NCBI RefSeq assembly: GCF_006345805.1
Contig: NC_043001.1
Span: forward strand, 54,188,001 to 54,252,000
From: Octopus sinensis
Taxonomy: Eukaryota
Direction of reading: 5' to 3'
DNA length: 64,000 nucleotides
In this document: one piece after another, positions 54,441-64,000 of the stretch
Layout of the letters: each line of letters starts with the position of its first letter
Position numbering within the stretch: the first letter of the stretch is position 1
Notes under the pieces: generated by a model
Told to the model about the DNA's origin: nothing
The model's database searches: none
Seen by the model: the letters and a program-made list of their open reading frames with translations, nothing else
Made by a program: the position numbers and the translations under genes

Positions 54441-56965
54441 CTTTTTATATTTGTATTCCTGAGCGCTATACTAATACATTTGTTTATTTGTACTCTACAT
54501 GCCTTCGTCTTTTGTTTATTTTCGTAAACTTTCCCGTTATATACTTATATATATATATATATATACCTTTCCCTCTCTTACTCCGTAAGTATCTATAAGC
54601 AGCAGCAATAGTTTCCAGTCGAATACCAGTGAATATTACCAATTTTTTTTTTTTGATATTATACTGTTTTATATTATTTTGTTATACTATTTTATATCAT
54701 TTTGTTATTATACTTACTAACCTTACATAAATTATGTTATGTTTGTAACTTTGCACCAAAATTTGTTACGAAAGAGAGCACATATTCGCATTTCGAATTT
54801 TTTTTTTTTGTCTTTTTAATATTTTCAAACTTTTTCTTACTTCAACATATATATTCTGACCCATTTCCTTTTTGTATAGCCAACTGCCTTCGCGTAGAAG
54901 ATTTTTAAAAAATTGGAAATGATTCTGTCACTCACAAGGTTAGCTCAATTGTGACACATTCCACATTATTTTTAAGAGCTATATTATTTGCAAGTCGTTT
55001 GATATTAATAAAGAAAAGTATCTGCATGGCCAATTATAGGATAGTTTTTTCTCTGTAACCTTAGTGGAAAGTTTATGAAATGGGTATAGCGCTGATGATT
55101 ATGTTATTTACTCATAACTCAGTATACAGTACGGTTAATCTTCTGCTGCGGTATCTACAATTGTAACTTTGTGACCACTTTCAAACAAGCGTCGATGGAA
55201 TGCGCTACGTTTTGTATGGTACAAGTAGTGTAACCTTTACCCTCCCAGCCTTCAGTGTCTTGAACCATTCTGTATTCCCATAAAAGTGGTTAAAAACTTA
55301 AAAATTCCTCAAACAGGCAGATTTTATGCAGAAGGTTCATTTAAATAATTACTCTTTCAATTTCAAGATCAAATAAATTCCGAAAATCTCAAAAGAAATG
55401 TCTAGATGTATATTGTAACAAAGAAGGGACATTTGAAAGGAAAAGCTGCTTCTATTATTTGTAGAATAAATGGAAATTCGAGAACGTTCTCCAGTTCTTA
55501 TTCAATGAAATATTTAATTTGGCTATCAACTAGGATTTTGCTCTTCACCACTTCTTATATTGGTATATACAAAATTGAATTTACTTGGTAAGCTTCACAG
55601 AGAATTAGATGTTTTCGGAAAATGTGTACATCTGTATATTCCGTTAAGTTCTAATATATCAGTTATTTGAAACTAAGGAGCTGTTCTGTTGATGTACAAG
55701 ATCAGACAAAAGCGCATGACATGAAGTGCAATCACATCGCAATGTTCTTTTCCCTATTACTTCCTCTTATTGACATGACCAACAACAGTCCTTTGTTGCA
55801 AACACGTAATGTTATTCCTAACTCATTTTCTGGTGATCTTGTATCTGTTCAGGATTATATATTCTCGAAATGTTCTTTTGTCAATAAAATAAACTAAAAA
55901 GAATTTCAAATAATGCAGAGAAATATCTTTCGTAACCAAATGACATTCATCATTATTTTTTACGTAGAAAAAGATATTCTTACTGACTTCAGATGGCATG
56001 CACAAGATTTTTAAAGTGATACAATATCCATTATATTTATATTAAGAACTCTTTTCTTTCGATAACATGATGATTTCAAACGATTTATAAATAAACAAAT
56101 CTAGACATTTATTTTCTTAATTCAGGAGAGAAAATGAAGAAAAGAAAATGTGATGATGTGACGTCCATACCAATTACATGAGTTGTGAAAGTGGACTGAA
56201 ATATATTGACAAAAGAAAACTAAAACGAGTTGCGCGGTCGGATTTCCTTCGTCCTCTTCTACTATCCAAGTCCCCCCAGTGATACTAACTATATAGTATT
56301 TATGCTTTATAAAATTTCATAGATACCACTTTCTAGATAAAACGTCTTTGTTTTAGCCGTCAACTACAATATCATTTTTTAATACTTTAATCCTTGAGGA
56401 GAAGGCTGTCAGATTCCCTACTTATTTAATCGAGATATCGATGTGGTCGATATTATTGCACAACTTACAGTTGCTATTAAAATATAGACATGATTTTCAA
56501 AGGAGAAATAACTGGATATAATGGCTACCATGGAGTCAAAGTTAAATGTTATACGAGTGACAAGAGATCGGAGGAGGAAGCTATGTGAACTTCAAGACAG
56601 GAGATCAGCCTGCTTCGGACGTTAGATACCAATGTAATAGAATAAACGAGGTGAGAAGACAACACGCCAGTGGGACAGGCATTGGAGTGTTATGGTGAGC
56701 AGCTTCATCCCAATCACTCGAAAGAAGAACTTATATGTCATTCGATATACAAATTTTAAATAATAGTTAATGCTCTGCATGCATCAACTCTTCTCATAAG
56801 ACCCTAAAACAATTTCTGTGTGTATATAAATATATAGACTAGATGTATGTTCTATAAATTATTTATAATTTAGAACAATTTGCACCAAGGTGTATATATA
56901 TATTTGCAAAGGGAAGCCATCCTTTCCATCGTCGACCTGACGTGATACGCACGGATCCGGGTTTC

Positions 56966-57009
<44 letters not shown>

Positions 57010-57012
<3 letters not shown>

Positions 57013-58283
57013 GGGTTGGACAAAATAAAGGAAACACCTTAAAATTTCAAACAAATTGAATGAGATTTAATAGTATTTTAGAATGTCTAATGGAATTAAA
57101 AATTATTTTTATGCATTTGTGTACATTTAAACTAATTAAATATTATTTTACAGAATAATAGAATAAAAATTTCATTGATTAAAACCCTTTCTAACATGGA
57201 AGTATCCAAAGAGCATTTGAGGTACATAATGCTTTATCAGTACAAAAAAAGAAACTCTGCAGCCGAAGCGACTTGAAACATGCACTCAGTTTATGGGAAA
57301 GAATGCTTGAATGAAAGAACTTGCAGAAGATGGTTTGCGAAATTCTGAAGTGGAGATTTCAACCTTGTAGATGAAAATCGAACAGGACGGCCAGTTGAGT
57401 TTCATGATAAGCTCCTTGAGGCATTACTTGAAGAAAATCCTGCATTATCAGTTGAAGAATTGGCAGAGCTTAGTTCAAACCATACAACTGTTCGTCATCA
57501 TCTTTAACAACTTGTAAAGGATCCTATACATGGAAAATGGGTGCCTCAGGAATTATCCGAATTCAATCGCTAATTCCGAGTTGACATCGCTATTCGCTCC
57601 ATTCTCGCCAACTCATTTCACCCTTTTTGCATAGACTTGTGACTGGTGACGAAAAATGGATCTTCTATTGAAATGTTAAACGTCGTAAACAGTGGCTTGG
57701 TAAAAGGGAAAAAGCTCAACCACAACCGAGAAGGGAACTTCATGGAAAAAAGGTTCTTCTCTCTATCTGGTGGGATTGCAAACGAGTAATTGACTTTGAA
57801 TTGTTACCACCTAATGCAATAATCAATGCTCAAGTCTACTGTCAGCAATTAGAGCATTTGAACCAAGTTTTGAAAAAACACAGACCCGCTTTAGTGAATC
57901 GAAACGGAGTGATGGTTCATCAGAACAATGCGCGACCCCACACTGCAAAGATCACATCACAGAAGATCGAAGAGCTTGGTTGGGAAAAAATTCCTCTTCC
58001 ACCTTATTCTCCCGACCTTGCTCCTTCAGACTACCATTTGTTCCGTAGTTTACAGAATCATTTGGGTGACATAACTTTCGCAAGACAGGAGGAGGTCGAA
58101 ACTGACATTTCAGAGTTCTTCGCTTTGAAACCAAAAGAGTTTTACATTGATGGGATTAAAAAGCTTGTAAATAGATGGAAAGAAGTCATAGATAATCAAG
58201 GAAAGTCCATTGATGATTAAAGTTCAATTAAATATAACATTTTCATTCTTCAAAATTCGGACAGAACTTATGGGATGACCTAA
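57010..58283 (+). mobile_element. Mariner (DD34D-type) transposon, near full length, transposase pseudogene at 57196-58220; ends do not match each other
   Basis: WVPQEL, TGDEKW, HQNNARPH (D changed to N) and YSPDLAPSDYHLF; internal stops; TA at 57008-09 and 58284-85. Confidence 0.95.
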
Positions 58284-58285
58284 TA

Positions 58286-58402
58286 TTTCTTTTGGAATCG
58301 GTGCCGTGCCTACTATTGCTGTTGTTGCTGCTGTCGGTACTGTTGTTGTTGTTGCTGTTGTTGCTGCTGCTGCTGCTGTTGTTGTTGTTGTTGTTGTTGT
58401 TG

Positions 58403-58442
<40 letters not shown>

Positions 58443-58765
58443 GCGGTTGCTGTTGCGGTTGTAGTTGTCGATGTTGTATCTGCCGTCGGTGCCCCAGTTA
58501 TTGTTGCCGTCGGTGCCCCAGTTGTTGCTGCCGTCGGTGCCCCTGTTGTTGCTGCTGCTGCTGCCGATGGTGCTGATTCTGGTTGGGCTTGGGCCGGGGC
58601 AGTTGGTGGCTGTGCCACTGGAGGTGGAGCCGCGTCGATAGTGTTACTCCCTCTGCGTGTGCTGCCGGTGGTACATGTGTTGGTTTTATTAAGCCTGCTG
58701 ATGTTGACGTTGCTGCTGCTTCCGCCTCAGATTTTGTCCTCGGTGGGATTTTGTCCTGAAGCCAT
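58286..58765 (-). pseudogene. Thr/Ala/Pro-rich low-complexity reading frame truncated by the mariner; origin unknown
   Basis: MASGQNPTEDKI*GGSSS...APPPVAQPP...(TTGAPTAA-like 24-bp unit x3)...TTT; one in-frame TGA at 58727-29. Confidence 0.4.
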
Positions 58766-58874
58766 GCTGATGTACGGAGCTCTCAATCCTTCAGCCACCC
58801 TTTTGTTTTTGGTAAGTATTTGTGTGTTTGTGTGTTGGATGAGGGATGCACGTGCACTAATATACATATATATA

Positions 58875-59040
58875 GGCGCAGGAGTGGATTTGTGGTAAGT
58901 GGCTTGCTTCCCTACCACATGGTTCCGGATTCAGTCCCACAGCGTGAAACCTTGGGCTAGTGTCTTCTACTATAGCCGCGGGCCGATCAAAGCCTCGTGA
59001 GTGAATTTGGTAGACGGAAAGGAAAAGAAGCCCGTCGCAT
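58875..59040 (+). mobile_element. SINE family A head; its 3' module is absent and the second mariner follows
   Basis: GGCGCAGGAGTGGATTTGTGGTAAG...GAAGCCCGTCG, then (TA)n. Confidence 0.88.
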
Positions 59041-59047
59041 ATCTATG

Positions 59048-59078
<31 letters not shown>

Positions 59079-59090
59079 TATATATATATA

Positions 59091-60357
59091 CAGGGGTTGG
59101 ACAAAATAAAGGAAACACCTTAAAATTTCAAACAAATTGAATGAGATTTAATAGTATTTTAGAATCTCTAATGGAATTGAAAATTATTGTTTTGCATTTG
59201 TGTACATTTAAACAAATCAAATATTATTTTACAGACTAATAGAATCAAAATTTCATTGATTAAAACCATTCTAACATGGAAGTATCCAAAGAACATTTAA
59301 GGCACATAATGCTTTATGAGTAGAAAAAAACAAACTCTGCTGCCGAAGCGACTCGAAACATACACTCCCTTTATGGGAAAGAATGCTTTAATGAAAGAAC
59401 TTGCAGAAGATGTTTTGCAAATTTCAGAAGTGGTGATTTCAGCCTTGAAGATGATCGTACAGGACATCCAGTTGAATTTGATGATAAGTCCTTGAGGCAT
59501 TACTTGAAGAAAATCCTGCATTATCAGTTGAAGAATTGGCAGAGCTTAGTTCAAACCATACAACTGTTCGTCATCATCTTTAACAACTTGTAAAGGATCC
59601 TATACATGGAAAATGGGTGCCTCAGGAATTATCCGAATTCAATCGCTAATTCCGAGTTGACATCGCTATTCGCTCCATTCTCGCCAACTCATTTCACCCT
59701 TTTTGCATAGACTTGTGACTGGTGACGAAAAATGGATCTTCTATTGAAATGTTAAACGTCGTAAACAGTGGCTTGGTAAAAGGGAAAAAGCTCAACCACA
59801 ACCGAGAAGGGAACTTCATGGAAAAAAGGTTCTTCTCTCTATCTGGTGGGATTGCAAACGAGTAATTGACTTTGAATTGTTACCACCTAATGCAATAATC
59901 AATGCTCAAGTCTACTGTCAGCAATTAGAGCATTTGAACCAAGTTTTGAAAAAACACAGACCCGCTTTAGTGAATCGAAACGGAGTGATGGTTCATCAGA
60001 ACAATGCGCGACCCCACACTGCAAAGATCACATCACAGAAGATCGAAGAGCTTGGTTGGGAAAAAATTCCTCTTCCACCTTATTCTCCCGACCTTGCTCC
60101 TTCAGACTACCATTTGTTCCGTAGTTTACAGAATCATTTGGGTGACATAACTTTCGCAAGACAGGAGGAGGTCGAAACTGACATTTCAGAGTTCTTCGCT
60201 TTGAACCAAAAGAGTTTTACATTGATGGGATTAAAAAGCTTGTAAATAGATGGAAGAAGTCATAGATAATCAAGGAAAGTCCATTGATGATTAAAGTTCA
60301 ATTAAATATAACATTTTCATTCTTCAAAATTCGGACAGAACTTATGGGATGACCTAA
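59091..60357 (+). mobile_element. Second copy of the mariner (tandem duplicate); transposase pseudogene at 59276-60294
   Basis: Same motifs and same left junction as 57010; period 2081 bp. Confidence 0.95.
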
Positions 60358-60949
60358 TATTTCTTTTGGAATCGGTGCCGTGCCTACTATTGCTGTTGTT
60401 GCTGCTGTCGGTACTGTTGTTGTTGTTGCTGTTGTTGCTGCTGCTGCTGCTGTTGTTGTTGTTGTTGTTGTGTTGTTGTTGTTGTTGTGTTGTTGTTGTT
60501 GTTGTGTTGTTGTTGTTGCGGTTGCTGTTGCGGTTGTAGTTGTCGATGTTGTATCTGCCGTCGGTGCCCCAGTTATTGTTGCCGTCGGTGCCCCAGTTGT
60601 TGCTGCCGTCGGTGCCCCTGTTGTTGCTGCTGCTGCTGCCGATGGTGCTGATTCTGGTTGGGCTTGGGCCGGGGCAGTTGGTGGCTGTGCCACTGGAGGT
60701 GGAGCCGCGTCGATAGTGTTACTCCCTCTGCGTGTGCTGCCGGTGGTACATGTGTTGGTTTTATTAAGCCTGCTGATGTTGACGTTGCTGCTGCTTCCGC
60801 CTCAGATTTTGTCCTCGGTGGGATTTTGTCCTGAAGCCATGCTGATGTACGGAGCTCTCAATCCTTCAGCCACCCTTTTGTTTTTGGTAAGTATTTGTGT
60901 GTTTGTGTGTTGGATGAGGGATGCACGTGCACTAATATACATATATATA

Positions 60950-61118
60950 GGCGCAGGAGTGGATTTGTGGTAAGTGGCTTGCTTCCCTACCACATGGTTC
61001 CGGATTCAGTCCCACAGCGTGAAACCTTGGGCTAGTGTCTTCTACTATAGCCGCGGGCCGATCAAAGCCTCGTGAGTGAATTTGGTAGACGGAAAGGAAA
61101 AGAAGCCCGTCGCATATC

Positions 61119-61149
<31 letters not shown>

Positions 61150-61400
61150 GCATTTATAAAATAATATGCATGTATGTATGTATTTGTGTGTCTGGGTTTA
61201 TCCCCCCACCATCGCTTGACAACCGATGTTGGTTTGTTTACGTCTCCGTAACTTAGCAGTTCGGCAAAAGAGACCGGTAAAATTAAGTACTAGGCTTACA
61301 AAGAATGAGTCCTGGGGTCGATTTGTTCGACTAAATGCGGTGCTCCAGTATGGTCGCTGTCAAACGACTGAAGCAAATTAAAAGAAAAAGAATAAAAGAA
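60950..61400 (+). mobile_element. SINE family A, full length
   Basis: Head appears identical to 58875; 3' module ends AAAAGAAAAAGAATAAAAGAA. Confidence 0.9.
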
Positions 61401-63312
61401 TATATATTTGTCTGCGTGTCTGCTAATGCGTGTAATGTGTATCTGTTTATGTAGCGCATTGAGATCGAATCAGGGAAATTCAGAAACACACTGGGAGACA
61501 GTAAGTTAAAGCAAAACTTTTGACAGAGAGAGAGATGGGAGACACGGAAAGTATGAAGCAGATGTTAAACATTTATATTTTTAAATACAATATTTTATGA
61601 GTACCACATTGACATAAATGATGTTTAGTGCCTCAAGGAATGTATAATGCAATACAATAATACAATATTGCTTTTTGTGCAGAGTAGAAATATATGATGC
61701 CTTTGGGCAAGTTATTTAACTATTGTTACTTCAATCTACTTGCAAAACTTCAGAAAATATTCGCAATGAACTTCATTGCTAATTTTTGTGGCACCATATT
61801 TTTTTCAAGTTTCAGGAGATAAGTGTATATGCTGTGTCTACATAAGTCTTTTTTTTTTCTGTATGTATTTATAGTGCTATACATTCACAGGAATATTGCC
61901 AGTAACCAATCACATACCTAAAAAATAGTTTGAGTAACTTTTATTTTACGAAAACAAAGTTGGTTTACTTTAATTTTTTGTTTGTTTTGTTGTTGTTGTT
62001 GATTTTTTGTTATTTTGTTATTGCGTTCTTTTTAATTTATATCGTCGTAAATTACTTCTAGATTCGTGGTTATTGTAAAATCTTTTCTGACAACCAATTA
62101 CGCCTTGCTTCCGAAAAAATACAAATTCTCTAATTAATATTCTACTAGTTTTCACTAATAAGTATTCCATGAATTTCCACTAATTGCAGTGTAATAATTT
62201 TTTTTTGAATAAAAGCAACATGAATTGTCATTTTCTTTTTCATAATAAATCTGCATATTTCGACAAGTGAATTGCCTTAACTACGGTTGAATAAACTAAG
62301 GGGAGAGTAACTTATTTAATCTTTTATTTTTAACTCATATTCTTCATTTTTCAGTTTATCTATTTCAGGTTCACTAAATTCAATATCGCTAAAATGAATA
62401 TCTGTTTATCTAAATGCTCCATTGTCATCAGAGTACAGACTACCAGTCGAGCATCAATTATTAATGTTTAGCTTCCAAAACTAATAGCAGTAATTAATAA
62501 ACTGCATGATGCTGTAGAGGGAACGAAACAATATTATTTGCTTTGTTCGTTTGTAAATAACATAATGCATCATAATGAGTGATAATTAAAATGATGTATT
62601 GGTTTCAACATACCCTGATAACTTTCTCTCATATGTTTTCAGAGTTGAAATATTTCAGTAATAATTATTTTCCAGTATTTTCTGGTTATACGTTTTGGTA
62701 TCATAAAATACAATATGTCGAATGATTAAGACTCCTTCTTTACACACAAGACTAGCCGGGTCTGGGATTAAAGTTGAAATCCATATTCTAACCTATATTA
62801 AACAAATACCACCCGTTCGTGACACACCAGCATTAGGATATTATGTGCATAAATGTTGCTTGCATTCTTCCTGTCGAAACACTTGTGAATGGCACTTAAT
62901 TACCTGATGTAAATTGTGTGATGTAAATTATATGATATTAATTGAATTATATTATGATCTTAATAACTAATTCTAATTTAGGCACAAGGCCAATAATTTT
63001 GATGAGAGGGTCTAGTCGATGCTATCTACCCAGGTACTTGGCAAGGACTTTACTATACAGACTCCGGGAGAATAAAACAACGGCGAGATTTTAACTTACA
63101 GTGTAAAGAACCGGAAGATATACCACAAAGCCTTTCTTCCGACGCTTTAACTATTGAAAATATCTTCTGACGATGAGGAGAGGAGGAGTGGAGGATGGGG
63201 AGAAACAAGGAGGAGGAGGAGGAAAAGTAGAGTAAGTGGAGGAGGTAGACAAGAAATTCGACTAGGATTTCGATGAGGTTGATTATTTCTTTTATTTAAT
63301 AATTTCTTCCTT

Positions 63313-63508
63313 TAAGGTGACGAACTGGTAGAATCTTTCCCGTGCCTGACAAAATGATTAACGATATATCTTTCGACTTTATGTTCTGAGTTCAAATGCC
63401 GCCGAGGGCTGAGTTTTGCCTTTTATCCTTTTGGAGTCGATAAAATAAGTAAAAGTCGAGCCCCTACTCCGTAATTGCTGGCATTGTGCCAAAATTTGAA
63501 ACGAATAA
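63313..63508 (+). mobile_element. SINE family C; a further decayed minus-strand copy lies at about 62975-63130
   Basis: GTTCTGAGTTCAAAT B-box, GTCGATAAAATAAGTA core, TTGTGCCAAAATTTGAAAC tail. Confidence 0.75.
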
Positions 63509-63544
63509 TATCTTCCTCTTTTGATTGTAATATATGCACCAGAC

Positions 63545-64000
63545 CAACGTTCTTAGTGGTGGAAGCAATCGACACCTAATTAGAAAGCTCGTAGTATGGA
63601 GAACTCCAAGCCTTTACTGAAACTCCTGAGCAGCAGCCATAGGCATATGAAAGCAATCAATAAAGTGATGAGCAGATTAGAATCGAAACTTGATTGATTG
63701 ATTGCTTTAAGAGAGTGAGGACTTCAGTAATTCTCCAAGTCAAATATTCCAAACTCACATGATTGTAACTCCATAACGAGTTTGACAACAACATAGAAAA
63801 CCTTTAGACATAAGAGAGTCTCGTTACTCATCTAGATAACAATAATTTATTAACAGAAGAATGGGAAGAGGGTAGGAATTGAATTTATAAATGTAAAAAG
63901 GTTAATACGCTGAGTGATTATGGAAGCCAGTAAAAAGAGGAAAACAAAATTTACCATGGTCTCGATTGATTACCGAAGAATATTTGATTGCATTCCACAC
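63545..64000 (+). mobile_element. R4/Dong-like RT relic, runs off the window
   Basis: HLDNNNLLTEEWEEGR...CK and IMEASKKRKTKFTMVSIDYRRIFDCIPH resemble HL..N.LL..EQKGCR / ..K.RK.NL.MAWIDY.KAFDSVPH. Confidence 0.6.

Noticed and set aside
60380-60973. 197-aa plus-strand ORF, with a GTAAGT donor-like site near 60887
   Set aside because: Antisense shadow of the Thr/Ala-rich frame with unnatural poly-V/L/C composition; no acceptor or second exon identified.

Overview
AT-rich eukaryotic, repeat-dominated DNA with no recognisable host protein-coding exon. The SINE set and microsatellite load point to an octopus (coleoid cephalopod) genome; this is an inference from my recognition of the repeats, not from a search. 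Content: (i) decayed retroelements: Ty3/Gypsy gag-protease and RT-RNase H relics, a CR1-clade LINE, RTE, L1/Tx1-like, R4/Dong-like and Penelope-like relics; (ii) Tc1/mariner elements and MITEs, plus a non-autonomous Helitron; (iii) about 30 copies of three SINE families; (iv) large (TA)n/(TG)n/(CT)n arrays, which explain most ORFs in the track. The most interesting signal is not in the ORF track: about nine type I hammerhead-ribozyme-like motifs (CUGANGA...GAAA...UH) from roughly five unrelated short non-coding repeat families. Four have an intact core (2692-2782, 17962-18054, 26403-26495, 29923-29981), three of these with an unusually long stem II and a palindromic stem III, and one element carries two hammerheads in inverted arms. 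Also notable: a 5'-5' fused mariner foldback present twice, a LINE 3' tail shared with a SINE, and two microsatellite-bounded tandem duplications that may be assembly artefacts. All alignments and folds were done by eye.
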